This document shows, one piece after another, positions 1 to 10,193 of a DNA stretch of 64,000 bases (position 1 is the first letter of the stretch; each line of letters starts with the position of its first letter). Origin of the DNA: Burkholderiales bacterium. GTDB taxonomy: Bacteria > Pseudomonadota > Gammaproteobacteria > Burkholderiales > JBDZVW01. Below the pieces are notes generated by a model. That model was given only the letters and a program-made list of their open reading frames with translations. It had not been told where the DNA came from and ran no database searches. A program made the translations under genes and the position numbers. The stretch is taken from NCBI GenBank assembly GCA_035700525.1, contig DASSON010000080.1:16041-80040 (forward strand), read 5' to 3'.

Positions 1-462
1 GATTGCTTCCGGCGTCATGAAGCCGTGCATCCGCTTGTCGTTGAGCAGCACCACCGGTGCATCGCCGCAGGCGCCAAAACATTCGCCTTCTCTCAGCGTA
101 AAACGGCCGTCCGCCGAGGTTTCGTTGAAGCCGATGCCGAGCTTGTGCTGCAGATGATCGGCGGCACGGGTCGCGCCCGACAATGCGCACGGCAGATTGG
201 TACAGATCGTGAGCTTGTAGCGGCCGACCGGTTCGGTATCGTACATCGTGTAGAACGACGCCACTTCGTATACCCGGACCGGCGGTATGCCGAGATACTG
301 CGCGACGAAATCCATCGTCGCGGTCGACAGCCAGCCCTTTTCTTCCTGTGCGATCGTCAGTGCCGCCATCACCGCCGACTGTTTCTGGTCCGGCGGATAT
401 TTCGTGACCGCCTGGTCGATCCGCGCCAGCGCTTCCGGTGACAGCGCCATCGGTGCGTTCAT
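1..462 (-). CDS. nuoE: NADH-quinone oxidoreductase subunit E, N-terminal ~154 codons (3' end lies beyond the left window edge)
   Basis: Absent from the ORF track because it runs off the window. My reverse-complement translation from the ATG at 462-460 reads [46 protein letters not shown]...[13 protein letters not shown]...[13 protein letters not shown], the NuoE 2Fe-2S cysteine pattern. ATGA start/stop overlap with nuoD and position in nuoABCDE order. Confidence 0.85.
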   Translation of the reverse strand, partial: MNAPMALSPEALARIDQAVTKYPPDQKQSAVMAALTIAQEEKGWLSTATMDFVAQYLGIPPVRVYEVASFYTMYDTEPVGRYKLTICTNLPCALSGATRAADHLQHKLGIGFNETSADGRFTLREGECFGACGDAPVVLLNDKRMHGFMTPEAI

Positions 463-1700
463 CGGTCCACCTCGCCGAAAACGATGTCCTGCGTGCTGAT
501 GATCGCGACCACGTCAGCGATCATGTGCCCATGCACCATTTCGTCGAGTGACGCCAGATGCACGAATCCCGGCGCACGCAGCTTCAGCCGGTACGGCTTG
601 TTGGCGCCGTCCGAAATCAGGTAGACGCCGAATTCTCCCTTCGGCGCCTCGACCGCCGCGTAGGCCTCGCCTTCCGGCACGTGCATGCCTTCGGTGAAGA
701 GCTTGAAATGGTGAATCAGCTCTTCCATGTTCTGCTTCATCTTCATGCGCGACGGCGGCGTCACCTTGTGGTTGTCCACCATCACCGGTCCGCGATTGCT
801 GCGCAGCCAGTCGATGCATTGGCGCACGATGCGGTTGGCCTGGCGCATTTCCTCGATGCGCACCAGATAGCGGTCGTAGCAGTCGCCGTTGACGCCAACC
901 GGGATGTCGAATTCCATCCGGTCATAAACCTCGTACGGCTGCTTCTTGCGCAGATCCCATTCGACCCCCGAGCCGCGCAGCATCGGCCCGGTGAATCCGA
1001 GCGCCTTTGCGCGCTCCGGCGATACGACACCGATATCGACGGTGCGCTGCTTCCAGATGCGGTTGTCGGTCAGCAGCGTCTCGTAATCATCGACCAGCTT
1101 CGGAAAGCGCTGCGTGAAATCCTCGATGAAGTCGAGCAGTGATCCCTGGCGCGCGCTGTTCAGCTTGCGCAACGCGGCACGCGACGCGTCGTACTGCGGC
1201 ATGTGATCCGGCAGGTCGCGATAGACGCCGCCCGGGCGGTAATACGCGGCATGCAGTCGCGCGCCCGACACCGCCTCGTAACAGTCCATCAGGTCCTCAC
1301 GCTCGCGGAAGCAATACAGGAACACCGTCATCGCACCAATGTCGAGCGCATGCGCGCCCAGCCACAGCAGGTGATTCAGAATGCGCGTGATCTCGTCGAA
1401 CATGACGCGGATGTATTGCGCGCGGATCGGAATCTCGATCTGCAGCAGCTTCTCGATCGCCATCACGTACGCGTGCTCGTTGCACATCATCGACACGTAG
1501 TCGAGGCGGTCCATGTACGGCACCGACTGCAGGAAGGTCTTGTTCTCCGCCAGCTTCTCGGTCGCGCGGTGCAGCAGTCCGATATGCGGGTCGGCACGCT
1601 GGATCACTTCGCCATCCAGCTCCAGTACCAGCCGCAACACCCCGTGCGCCGCCGGATGCTGCGGCCCGAAGTTCATCGTGTAGTTGCGAATTTCAGCCAT
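459..1700 (-). CDS. nuoD: NADH-quinone oxidoreductase subunit D
   Basis: ORF 459..1754. Start trimmed to the ATG at 1700, giving [31 protein letters not shown], the canonical NuoD N-terminus. Full-length 49-kDa-subunit-like sequence. Confidence 0.95.
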   Translation of the reverse strand: MAEIRNYTMNFGPQHPAAHGVLRLVLELDGEVIQRADPHIGLLHRATEKLAENKTFLQSVPYMDRLDYVSMMCNEHAYVMAIEKLLQIEIPIRAQYIRVMFDEITRILNHLLWLGAHALDIGAMTVFLYCFREREDLMDCYEAVSGARLHAAYYRPGGVYRDLPDHMPQYDASRAALRKLNSARQGSLLDFIEDFTQRFPKLVDDYETLLTDNRIWKQRTVDIGVVSPERAKALGFTGPMLRGSGVEWDLRKKQPYEVYDRMEFDIPVGVNGDCYDRYLVRIEEMRQANRIVRQCIDWLRSNRGPVMVDNHKVTPPSRMKMKQNMEELIHHFKLFTEGMHVPEGEAYAAVEAPKGEFGVYLISDGANKPYRLKLRAPGFVHLASLDEMVHGHMIADVVAIISTQDIVFGEVDR

Positions 1701-2307
1701 TGCGCACCCCGTCGCTGTCGCCGTAGTTGTCCTCGCGAATGATGCGCGGGACAATTTCGCGCGGCTCGATCGTCACCGGCTGATAGATCACGCGGCGCTG
1801 ATCGGGGTCATAGCGCATTTCGACGTTGCCCGAGATCGGGAAATCCTTGCGGAACGGGTGGCCGACGAAGCCGTAGTCGGTCAGGATGCGGCGCAGATCG
1901 GGATGGCCGGTGAAAACGACGCCGAACAGATCGAACGCCTCGCGCTCGAACCAGTCGGCATCCGGCCACACGCCGATCACGGAATCGACAACCGGAAACT
2001 CGTCATCCGCCGCGAACACCTTCACCCGCAGGCGCCGGTTGTGCGTCAGGCTCAGCAGGTGATAGACCACCGCGAAGCGCGCCCCGTCCCACGCGCCGTC
2101 ACCGTAGGTCAGGTAGTCGACACCGCACAGATCGATCAACTGCTCGAACCGCAGTTCCGCAGCGTCGCGCAGCGTCGTTGTCACCGCGAGCAGGTCCCGC
2201 GGTCGAATCGTCAGCGTGGTCTCGCCCAGCGCCTCGACGATCGCAACAGCCCGTTCCCCCAACGCCGCACGCAGCGCGTCGGCCAATGTCTTGTGATTTT
2301 CTGTCAT
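1693..2307 (-). CDS. nuoC: NADH-quinone oxidoreductase subunit C
   Basis: ORF-track protein of 204 aa with the ...[24 protein letters not shown]... 30-kDa subunit motif. 8-nt overlap with the nuoD start. Operon position. Confidence 0.9.
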   Translation of the reverse strand: MTENHKTLADALRAALGERAVAIVEALGETTLTIRPRDLLAVTTTLRDAAELRFEQLIDLCGVDYLTYGDGAWDGARFAVVYHLLSLTHNRRLRVKVFAADDEFPVVDSVIGVWPDADWFEREAFDLFGVVFTGHPDLRRILTDYGFVGHPFRKDFPISGNVEMRYDPDQRRVIYQPVTIEPREIVPRIIREDNYGDSDGVRNG

Positions 2308-2337
2308 TCCGAAGATCGCTCAGGCATTCGTTCCGCT

Positions 2338-2814
2338 TCAGCGAGCGATCGTATTGGTGCGTTTGATCTTGTTCTGCAGCTGGATGATTCCGTAAAGCAG
2401 CGCCTCGGCGGTCGGCGGACAGCCCGGCACGTAAATATCGACCGGAACGATGCGATCGCAACCGCGCACCACCGAGTACGAATAATGGTAGTAGCCGCCA
2501 CCATTCGCACACGATCCCATCGAAATCACCCAGCGCGGCTCCGGCATCTGGTCATAGACCTTGCGCAGCGCCGGGGCCATCTTGTTGCACAATGTGCCGG
2601 CGACGATCATCACGTCCGACTGCCGCGGACTGGGACGGAACACGACACCGAAACGATCGAGATCGTAACGTGCCGCGCCGGCGTGCATCATTTCCACCGC
2701 GCAGCACGCCAGGCCGAAGGTCATCGGCCACAGCGAGCCGGTACGCGTCCAGTTGATCAGCTTGTCCGCCGTGGTCGTGACGAACCCTTTTTCAAGGACG
2801 CCTTCAATTCCCAC
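2338..2814 (-). CDS. nuoB: NADH-quinone oxidoreductase subunit B
   Basis: 158 aa with [22 protein letters not shown] and VPGCPP, the cluster N2 cysteine motifs. Confidence 0.95.
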   Translation of the reverse strand: MGIEGVLEKGFVTTTADKLINWTRTGSLWPMTFGLACCAVEMMHAGAARYDLDRFGVVFRPSPRQSDVMIVAGTLCNKMAPALRKVYDQMPEPRWVISMGSCANGGGYYHYSYSVVRGCDRIVPVDIYVPGCPPTAEALLYGIIQLQNKIKRTNTIAR

Positions 2815-2850
2815 AACAATCTCCGCTCACGAAATCTCCGTTACAACCGC

Positions 2851-3207
2851 TCATTCCCATTCGAGCGCGCCTTTCTTCCACTCGTAGATGAAGCCCACGA
2901 CGAGAATGGCGAGAAAAAGAATCATCGCCCACAGGCCGAACGTCCCCAGGTCACGCAGCACGGCGGCCCACGGAAAAAGAAAGGCGATTTCGAGGTCGAA
3001 CAGAATGAACAGGATCGCGACGAGGTAATAACGCACATTGAACTTCATGCGCGCATCTTCGAATGCCTCGAAACCACACTCGTACGGGGAAAGCTTTTCG
3101 TCATCGGGCCGATCCGGCGCCAGCAGCTTGCCGATCCCGATCAGCGCCACGCCGATCGCGATACCGACCATGATGAACAGCAATATCGGAAAATAACCTG
3201 CCAGCAT
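2851..3207 (-). CDS. nuoA: NADH-quinone oxidoreductase subunit A
   Basis: 118 aa, three hydrophobic helices, SPYECGF motif, first gene of the nuo block. Confidence 0.9.
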   Translation of the reverse strand: MLAGYFPILLFIMVGIAIGVALIGIGKLLAPDRPDDEKLSPYECGFEAFEDARMKFNVRYYLVAILFILFDLEIAFLFPWAAVLRDLGTFGLWAMILFLAILVVGFIYEWKKGALEWE

Positions 3208-3363
3208 CGATCAGACTTCCGTCACCTGAAAATATGGACACCTCTGATCGGCTTTGGTTTTGCTTCGCAACATGTGTCGATCTACTTGTGTTTCTTGTTT
3301 TGGCGTAACTGAAATTACTCGCACTTGCGTCATTGTATCGTCCGAAAACCGCTGCGGATACCC

Positions 3364-3448
3364 TGGTGCCGACGGCGAGACTCGAACTCGCACGACTTTC
3401 GCCACCGCCCCCTCAAGACGGCGTGTCTACCAATTCCACCACGTCGGC
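3364..3448 (-). tRNA. tRNA-Leu, anticodon GAG
   Basis: Reverse complement reads GCCGACGTGGTGGAATTGGTAGACACGCCGTCTTGAGGGGGCGGTGGCGAAAGTCGTGCGAGTTCGAGTCTCGCCGTCGGCACCA. Hand-folded: acceptor GCCGACG/CGTCGGC, 3-bp D stem GTG/CAC, anticodon stem CCGTC/GGCGG with loop TTGAGGG, long variable arm, T arm GCGAG-TTCGAGT-CTCGC, encoded CCA. Confidence 0.85.
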
Positions 3449-3459
3449 GCCTGAATCCG

Positions 3460-3538
3460 GTGAGGAGTAAGGAGTAAGGTGTAAGGAGTAAAACCGCCCC
3501 GAAATCAACCCCTCACTCCTTACCCCTCACGCCTCACG
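3460..3538. repeat. Heptamer-armed palindromic element, copy 1 (short variant without the GC core)
   Basis: 3460-3487 = GTGAGGA GTAAGGA GTAAGGT GTAAGGA. 3511-3538 = CCTCACT CCTTACC CCTCACG CCTCACG. The arms pair block for block. It fills the spacer between the secG stop (3541) and the tRNA-Leu 5' end (3448). Confidence 0.85.
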
Positions 3539-3540
3539 CA

Positions 3541-3909
3541 TCATTTAGGTATTTCCTGTGTCTTGTCCCGCGGGGCCGATGACGGAGCCGGCGCCGGGGT
3601 CGGGGCCTTCGGCGCGACCGGGGCCGCCTGTTTCTGCGTGGCCGGCGCCATACCCGACATCACGCCTTGCGCGCTGCTCTGGTGCGACGCCAGATAGGTC
3701 AGCCCCATGCTGGTCAGAAAGAATACCGTCGCCAGAATGGCCGTCGCGCGGCTCAGAAAATTGGCGGAGCCGGTGGCTCCGAACATGCTGCCGGAAGCGC
3801 CGCCGCCGAACGCGGCGCCGACATCGGCGCCCTTGCCATGCTGCAGCAATACCAGTCCGACGACGGCTATCGCCACCAATACATGAACTACCAATAGCGC
3901 AATTTCCAT
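3541..3909 (-). CDS. secG: Preprotein translocase subunit SecG
   Basis: ORF 3541..3972 trimmed to the ATG at 3909: MEIALLVVHVLVAIAVVGLVLLQHGKGADVGAAFGGGASGSMFGATGSANFLSR, a SecG signature, followed by a Pro/Ala-rich tail. Confidence 0.85.
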   Translation of the reverse strand: MEIALLVVHVLVAIAVVGLVLLQHGKGADVGAAFGGGASGSMFGATGSANFLSRATAILATVFFLTSMGLTYLASHQSSAQGVMSGMAPATQKQAAPVAPKAPTPAPAPSSAPRDKTQEIPK

Positions 3910-3922
3910 CGTTCCGTTTCCG

Positions 3923-4702
3923 TCACGTTGCCGCGACTGCCTGCGGCGCACGGCAAATCGCAACAAATTCATTGACCGACAGCGACGCGCCGCCGATCAG
4001 CCCGCCATCAATGTCGGGCATCGCAAAAAGCTCGGCCGCATTGGCGGCCTTCACGCTGCCGCCGTAGAGCATCACCGTCCGCGCGGCCACGCCGGCATCC
4101 CGCTGCGCCAGCCGTTCACGGACGAACGCATGCACCGCCTGCGCCTGTTCCGGCCGCGCCGTTCTGCCGGTCCCGATCGCCCACACCGGTTCGTAGGCGA
4201 CGACGGAACGCGCGATTCCATCCATGCCGACCGCCGCCAGCGCGGCATCGAGCTGGCGCGCGACAACGGTGCGAGTCAGCTCCGCATCGCGCTCCGCCAG
4301 CGTTTCGCCGACGCACAAAATCGGCGTCAGCCCCGCGTCCAGCGCCGCCGCCAGCTTGCGCGCGACGACGACGTCGGTTTCACCGAACAGCCCGCGGCGC
4401 TCCGAATGCCCGACGATCACGTAAGTGCAGCCGGCATCGACCAGCATGCGCGCCGACACTTCACCGGTATAGGCGCCATTATCGAACTGACAGACATCCT
4501 GCGCGCCCCATGTGACCGGCGTGCCCTGCAGCAGTTCCTGCACCTGAAACAAGTATGGAAACGGCACGCACACCGCACATCGCGCGCCACCGTCACCACG
4601 CGACGCACCGCCCAGCGCGGACACGACGCCGTCGAGCAGCGCCCGGTTACCGGCGCGGTCCCCGTTCATCTTCCAGTTGCCCGCTACCAGCTTCTCGCGC
4701 AT
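3923..4702 (-). CDS. tpiA: Triose-phosphate isomerase
   Basis: ORF 3923..4759 trimmed to the ATG at 4702: MREKLVAGNWKMNG. Contains the AYEPVWAIGTG active-site motif. Confidence 0.9.
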   Translation of the reverse strand: MREKLVAGNWKMNGDRAGNRALLDGVVSALGGASRGDGGARCAVCVPFPYLFQVQELLQGTPVTWGAQDVCQFDNGAYTGEVSARMLVDAGCTYVIVGHSERRGLFGETDVVVARKLAAALDAGLTPILCVGETLAERDAELTRTVVARQLDAALAAVGMDGIARSVVAYEPVWAIGTGRTARPEQAQAVHAFVRERLAQRDAGVAARTVMLYGGSVKAANAAELFAMPDIDGGLIGGASLSVNEFVAICRAPQAVAAT

Positions 4703-5206
4703 CGACAGCCCAACACGTTTAAACCTACTAATTTTACCGGCCGCCATACAACGGGTCAATGTTGCCGATCCGAAGCAACGGCGACGCCCGCGCCATAACC
4801 CTGACCGGCATCAGCCGCAATTACCGGCCAATCGATGCCGGCGGCTGGACCAGGTAGATCAATATCAAAACCGTTGACTTCGGCGTCTCCGGCTTGATTC
4901 CGACCTGGATCGTCGCGATCGGATACGGCTGACAGGTGCTCCAGCCCGTAGCAGCGCCAGCTAAAACCCGGGGGCTTTCTTCGTCAAACTGAAGCTTCGA
5001 CTGCGATCAAGCAGTACTTCGCGCTCTTTCGCTAGTTCGGTACACTTGCAAGCAGCTTGTTGGGCCGTCTAACGAGACAATTGGATATGATGACGGCTCC
5101 ATGAGTTTTTCGCCGGGAATATCCCGCCGCCCCGGCGTTCATCTGACACTTATTTCGCGTTTGATATATTGAATATTCCTTTGCGGCGAAGGGGGGATAA
5201 TCATCC

Positions 5207-5797
5207 ATGCAGACGTCGACACGCTATAGTCGCGCGATTCGGATAGTGCATGCGGTCACTGCAGCAGCGATCACCTTTCAACTGCTGGTCAGCCTCGTCA
5301 TGGATCATCCACACGCGACCCGGCCGATGTCCGCTGTTGGCAAGACGTATTTTCACTACCACGAATGGGCGGGACTGCTGACCGCGGGCGTTCTGCTGTG
5401 CGGCTGGATATACCGTTTACTGAACTGGCAGCGGGAATCGCAAAGCTCGCTGTATCCGTGGATCAGCGCCAATGGCTGTAGGGCCGTTGCGTCCGATCTG
5501 AAGGCATTTTTCTTATTCCGCTGGACACAAGTCCCGCCGGGCAGCGCGCTTGCCGGAACCGTGCACGGTCTCGGTCTGCTTGTTGCTTCAGCAATGGCCG
5601 TGAGCGGAGTCGCGATCTTCATCGGACTTTGGCCGGCGGACAGGGTGACGCCGGGTGTTCATAACCTGATGGAAGTGCACTCGATACTCGCGACCTTCAT
5701 GTGGATTTATCTCTACGGTCACAGCCTGATGGCGCTCTGGCATCAGCTCATCGGACACGCCACGCTCACAGCAATGTTCAGCTTCAAGCAGCGCTGA
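5207..5797 (+). CDS. Cytochrome b561 family protein (Ni_hydr_CYTB-like)
   Basis: 196 aa with four hydrophobic helices carrying conserved His residues (RIVHAV, HYHEWAG, EVHSILA, YGHSLMALWH). Family assigned from memory of PF01292-type proteins. Confidence 0.7.
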   Translation: MQTSTRYSRAIRIVHAVTAAAITFQLLVSLVMDHPHATRPMSAVGKTYFHYHEWAGLLTAGVLLCGWIYRLLNWQRESQSSLYPWISANGCRAVASDLKAFFLFRWTQVPPGSALAGTVHGLGLLVASAMAVSGVAIFIGLWPADRVTPGVHNLMEVHSILATFMWIYLYGHSLMALWHQLIGHATLTAMFSFKQR

Positions 5798-6066
5798 CTA
5801 CGCTGAAATGGCAGCATTGTGACTTGTCATCGATCCGTCAGTATTTAGAGCATTTTTGATTCAAGCATTAATTTCCCGGAGCGACGCGTTTTTCCCTGAA
5901 GAGCGCTACAACTCTTTCAAATCCTTGGGACAGTCCACTCTTAAACCGAAAAATGCTCCAGCTTTCTTTCTCTTTCTGTAAGCCGCGACACCTCGTACGC
6001 AGATCAGCTGACATCGAGCGAAGCGGCTAAATCCGATACAGCGCAGCCCCACTCTCTAGCGCCTTG

Positions 6067-9000
6067 TCATGCCCCGCGCTCCCGCGCAAACTGCCGGCGG
6101 CGCCAGTGCAGGTAGAGCGCCGGAATCAGGTTGGTACTGCGCACGGCGCTCCAGACGAGACCGCCCAGAATCACCACCGCCAGCCCCTGCTCCGGAGCGG
6201 CACCCTGCCCGAAACCGACGGCTGTGGGAAGCATGCCAAGAATCGCTGTGACCGCCGTGAGCACGATGGGACGAAAACGCACGCGGATTGCTTCGCGCAC
6301 CGCCTCCTCGGCAGGCATCCCGTCCATCTCGTTGTGCCGAGTCCGGTCGAGCAGTACGATGCTGTGTCGTAGTCCGATGCCAATCAATGTCAGAAACCCG
6401 ATGATGCCTGTCGCATTGAGTCCGACGCCGCTCAGGACGAGCGCGATGGCACCGCCGGTCACGGCGAGCGGGATCTCCAGCAGCAGGATACCCGGGACGA
6501 GCAGCCCCCCGAACTGCAGAACAAGAATGCCTACCATCAGCAGGAAGGCGGCGGCCGCGGCGATGATGAGTCCGAGCGCGGCGCGCTCGAGTTCGGCATA
6601 GAGTCCCCCGAATTCGATACGGTAACCGGACGGCAAACTCAGGCCCGCCAGTGCCCGGTGCGCTGCCGCTACTGTTTTGCCAAGCGTTCCGGTCGGAGTG
6701 GCCAGGATGTCGAGCGCGCGGGCGCCAGCCACATGGCGAATCTGGTTCGGGGTAGCGACGAGATCTATTGCAGCGAGTTGGCCGAGCGGCGTCCAGCCGC
6801 CATCCGTGCGGATCGGTATGCGTGCGAGCGCCGCGAGCGACTTGTCAGGCGCGCCGGCAAGACGGATGTACAGATCGAGAGGGACATTGCCCTCCGGGAC
6901 CGTGGCGAGAATCTCGCCATTAAGCAGCGGATCGATCTGCGCGTAGAATTGCGCCGGCGTCAGTCCGTACGCGGCCAAAGCTGCAGCCCGCGGCTTGATC
7001 TGTAACTGCGTGACGGGATAGCCATCATTGTTGAAGATATCCGACAGTGCAGGGATGGATCGCAGCCGCGCGGTAATCTTCTCCGACAACGCGCGCAACT
7101 CTCCGAGGCTGCTGCCGAAAACATGAATCACGAACGGCTGCGGCAGCCCTGACAGGCTCTCGCCGAGACGCTCGACCGTGGGGGTGTCGACGGATAGTTG
7201 TACGCCTGTCAGCTGCGACTCCCGCCGTACGCGCTGTCCGATCCGGTCGAGTGCGTTGACGCTGATTCCGCGCTTGAGCACGATCTGCAGCTCGCCGGCA
7301 TAGGCAGGCTCGGTGTAAACGGTGCCCTGCGCCGACCCGATGCGGGCGAAGACATGCGCAACCGCCGGGTCGGCGAGTAATCTGCGGGTCATCTCGTCCA
7401 CTGCTGCTCGCGTGTCGATCAGCGAACTGCCCGGCGGCAAGGTGAACGACTCAAGGAGCACGCCCTCATTCGGCAGCGGCAAAAAGTCGATCGGCACCAA
7501 GAGCAGACCGAGGAGACTGAGCAGCAGCACCCCGAAGGTAATCGCGAGGCTGAGCCGCGGAGCGCGCGACACGAGATCGAACAGCCGCTCATTCCAGCGC
7601 CGTACCCGCTCAAGCAGGCGCTGGCCGCCTGCCATCCCCGCCGGGGCGGCGTGGAAGAAACCCAATCCAAGCGGGATCAGCGTGAGCGAGACCAGGAGCG
7701 ACGCGAGCAGCGCGAAGATCATCGCCAGGGAAAAGGGAATGAAGAAAAGCCCTACCAGTCCGCCGACGAAGAGCAGCGGCACATAGATTGAAACGTTGGT
7801 CAGCGTGCCGGTGATATCCGGGATGATGATGCTCCTTACACCGCGCCAGATTCCCGTCCAGTGATCGTCCCCTTCCTCCCAACAGTGGTGGATGCTCTCC
7901 AGCACGATAATGGCATCATCGGCCAGCAGTCCGATGGCAACCGTAAGGGCCCCGAGCGTCATCAGGTTCAGGTCCTGTCCGACAAAGTAGAGTGTCGCGA
8001 TCGCGATAGCCAGCGACATCGGAATGCTGAATGCCAGCACCCAGATGCCGCGCCCCGTCCCGAGGACCCAGAACAACACGGCAACGGCGAGGGCCATGCC
8101 AATGAGGAGATTGCGGCCGAGGTCAAGCCCGACGATGTGTACAATGTGCCCCTGGCTATAAGTGCGGACCCAGCGCACGCCGGCGGGAAGCTGGTTCACG
8201 GTTGCGGCAAGAGTAGCCTGTGCGGCCCGTGTGACCGGGACGGTCGCCGCCCCGGGTTGCTTGCTGATCGTGAGCGCAATGCTCGGACGGCCATCGAGCG
8301 AAACGGCGATGTGGGTCGGGATCGGTGCGCGCACGACGCGCGCCAGATCGCGCAGCGGAATCGGTCCGTGAGCTCCCGACACTGGAATGTCCTCTATCTG
8401 TGCAACGTGCGTAGGGAAGTGCCGGGCTTCGATGAGGACGTCGTTGTGACCTTGAATGATGTAGCCGGCAGGCGCGAGTAAAACCGAATCTCGGACAGCC
8501 TTCGCCACCGCGTCTACGGACACTCCGAAACGGTGCAATACACCAAGGTCGGGCTGAATCCACAACGCCTCGTCACCGACGCCGTAGACATCCACGTACT
8601 GGACACCGGGCAGCGCGCGCAGCGCGGGTGCGACGTTGGCGAGCACCGCACGCTGTACTTGCGCCGGTGCAACGCCCGGCGGGATTACAGCCGTATAGTC
8701 CGCCACCTCGTTGATCGCGTTTCCCATTATCTGGGCGATCGGCCGTGCTGTCGGCGGCAGCTGGCCGCGCGCGCGATCGATCGCGCCGTTGACGGCCTGC
8801 AGATCAAGCTCGGCTGCCGTACCTTCGCGGAAACGTGCGTGGATTTCCACGGTGCCGTGGCCCATGACGGAGCGGACACTTTGCAGGTCCGGGAGCGTCA
8901 GTATCTGGCCCTCCAATGGATAGACGACCAGGTTCTCGAGTTCGCTCGCTGTCGTCCCCGGAACGTGCACCACAACGTTGATCTGCGGAAAGTTGAGTTG

Positions 9001-9123
9001 CGGCAGCACCTCCACCGGAATGTGCATGAACGCGTAAGCGGCGTACCCAATCAGTGCTACAAGCACGAGCACCCACAGTATGGGCTGCGTTAGCACGCGC
9101 GGCAGAGAGGGAGCAGCAGCCAT
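6067..9123 (-). CDS. RND efflux transporter, inner-membrane permease subunit
   Basis: 1018 aa with the typical 12-TM, two-large-loop RND layout. The TM4 motif GLLADDAIIVLES resembles the AcrB-type DD relay rather than the CzcA DFG-DGA-VEN motif. Starts 3 nt after the adaptor gene stop. Confidence 0.9.
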   Translation of the reverse strand: MAAAPSLPRVLTQPILWVLVLVALIGYAAYAFMHIPVEVLPQLNFPQINVVVHVPGTTASELENLVVYPLEGQILTLPDLQSVRSVMGHGTVEIHARFREGTAAELDLQAVNGAIDRARGQLPPTARPIAQIMGNAINEVADYTAVIPPGVAPAQVQRAVLANVAPALRALPGVQYVDVYGVGDEALWIQPDLGVLHRFGVSVDAVAKAVRDSVLLAPAGYIIQGHNDVLIEARHFPTHVAQIEDIPVSGAHGPIPLRDLARVVRAPIPTHIAVSLDGRPSIALTISKQPGAATVPVTRAAQATLAATVNQLPAGVRWVRTYSQGHIVHIVGLDLGRNLLIGMALAVAVLFWVLGTGRGIWVLAFSIPMSLAIAIATLYFVGQDLNLMTLGALTVAIGLLADDAIIVLESIHHCWEEGDDHWTGIWRGVRSIIIPDITGTLTNVSIYVPLLFVGGLVGLFFIPFSLAMIFALLASLLVSLTLIPLGLGFFHAAPAGMAGGQRLLERVRRWNERLFDLVSRAPRLSLAITFGVLLLSLLGLLLVPIDFLPLPNEGVLLESFTLPPGSSLIDTRAAVDEMTRRLLADPAVAHVFARIGSAQGTVYTEPAYAGELQIVLKRGISVNALDRIGQRVRRESQLTGVQLSVDTPTVERLGESLSGLPQPFVIHVFGSSLGELRALSEKITARLRSIPALSDIFNNDGYPVTQLQIKPRAAALAAYGLTPAQFYAQIDPLLNGEILATVPEGNVPLDLYIRLAGAPDKSLAALARIPIRTDGGWTPLGQLAAIDLVATPNQIRHVAGARALDILATPTGTLGKTVAAAHRALAGLSLPSGYRIEFGGLYAELERAALGLIIAAAAAFLLMVGILVLQFGGLLVPGILLLEIPLAVTGGAIALVLSGVGLNATGIIGFLTLIGIGLRHSIVLLDRTRHNEMDGMPAEEAVREAIRVRFRPIVLTAVTAILGMLPTAVGFGQGAAPEQGLAVVILGGLVWSAVRSTNLIPALYLHWRRRQFARERGA

Positions 9124-9126
9124 GCC

Positions 9127-10191
9127 TCAGTCAGGCGGCGTGTAGTGCCGCGAAATTTCCCGATGAAATTCGAGATACGCGTTCTGCACCACGACCTGCT
9201 GTCCGGACTCAATGCCCTTCTCAATGAAGGTCTGCCGGCCGCGGACAGGGCCGGGTACAACAGCCCGCCTCAGATCCCCTTGCGGCGTGCGCTCCAGGAC
9301 CCACCAGTGCCCTCCATAAAGGATCAGCGCGCGCGTCGGAACCGCTACCATCGATCGCGTCGCGCCTTCCACTGTCACGATTCCGCGCTCTCCGTTGCGC
9401 CACGGAGATGGCGTCTTCTCCCCGCGCACGGCCGGCTCGGCAGCCATCAGCCCGACCGACTCTCCGCCATCCGGGCCAAGCGCGGCTGAAACGGATGCGA
9501 CCGTGACTGCTACGGGTGCACCTCCCGCGGCCGGTTGGAATCGTCCCTTCATGCCGATACGGATTGAGGCAGCATCTGCTCCGTAGTAAGCGGCTTTCAA
9601 CCACAGGCTGCTGCTCGTTTGCACCGTGAGGACGACTTGGCCAGCCGTGATGCGCTCGCCATTGGCCGCAGAAACGGAGAGCACAATTCCGGCGGACGGC
9701 GCGTGCAGCGCGCTCATTTGCTGCGTCGCCCACAGTTGGGCGCGCGCGGTTTCGAAGGCCGCCGTTGCTGTTGCCGCCGCGCTTTGCGCCGCGGCAACAG
9801 CCTGTCGGGTACTGAGGCGCGCGCTCAACTGCTTGTGCTCGATGGCGAGCGATTGTTTGGCTGCGGTGAGGACTGCGTGTGTGCTGCGCACCGCGCTTTT
9901 CCGCTTCACGAGAAGCGACTGAATCTCGGGCCCCGTCAAGGTGGCAAGCGCCTGTCCGGCCGTCACCCGCGATCCCGGCGCTACCGTCATCGTGGCCACA
10001 ATCCCCGCTACGGGGGCACGCACCGCGAGAAGCGCAACGGGCTGCACCTGAGCGTATGCCAGGAAGCGATCTGTGACGGGCTGCGCATGTACGGTGATCG
10101 TTTCCGATCCCGACGTGACAGCGGCGCCCGTCCCGATGCAATACCCGACACACAACACCGCCAGCGCGGCGCATCGCCGTGCAACCCGCAT
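9127..10191 (-). CDS. RND efflux periplasmic adaptor (membrane fusion protein, HlyD family)
   Basis: 354 aa with an N-terminal signal/anchor and an Ala/Gln-rich coiled-coil hairpin (AAAQSAAATATAAFETARAQLW) flanked by beta-rich lipoyl and barrel segments. Immediately upstream of the RND pump. Confidence 0.8.
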   Translation of the reverse strand: MRVARRCAALAVLCVGYCIGTGAAVTSGSETITVHAQPVTDRFLAYAQVQPVALLAVRAPVAGIVATMTVAPGSRVTAGQALATLTGPEIQSLLVKRKSAVRSTHAVLTAAKQSLAIEHKQLSARLSTRQAVAAAQSAAATATAAFETARAQLWATQQMSALHAPSAGIVLSVSAANGERITAGQVVLTVQTSSSLWLKAAYYGADAASIRIGMKGRFQPAAGGAPVAVTVASVSAALGPDGGESVGLMAAEPAVRGEKTPSPWRNGERGIVTVEGATRSMVAVPTRALILYGGHWWVLERTPQGDLRRAVVPGPVRGRQTFIEKGIESGQQVVVQNAYLEFHREISRHYTPPD

Positions 10192-10193
10192 CG

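Noticed and set aside
25-441. 138-aa + strand ORF at the left edge
   Set aside because: The opposite strand encodes a convincing NuoE N-terminal half (2Fe-2S Cys motifs) in operon register with nuoD.
1684-3312. 542-aa + strand ORF spanning nuoC, nuoB and nuoA
   Set aside because: It runs antisense across three well-supported nuo genes and their intergenic gaps, and it has no family resemblance.
5848-5958. 10-bp inverted repeat GAGCATTTTT...AAAAATGCTC flanking ~90 nt in the low-GC spacer after the b561 gene (possible MITE ends)
   Set aside because: A 10-bp match at this spacing is within chance expectation for the window. There is no extension, no target-site duplication and no second copy.
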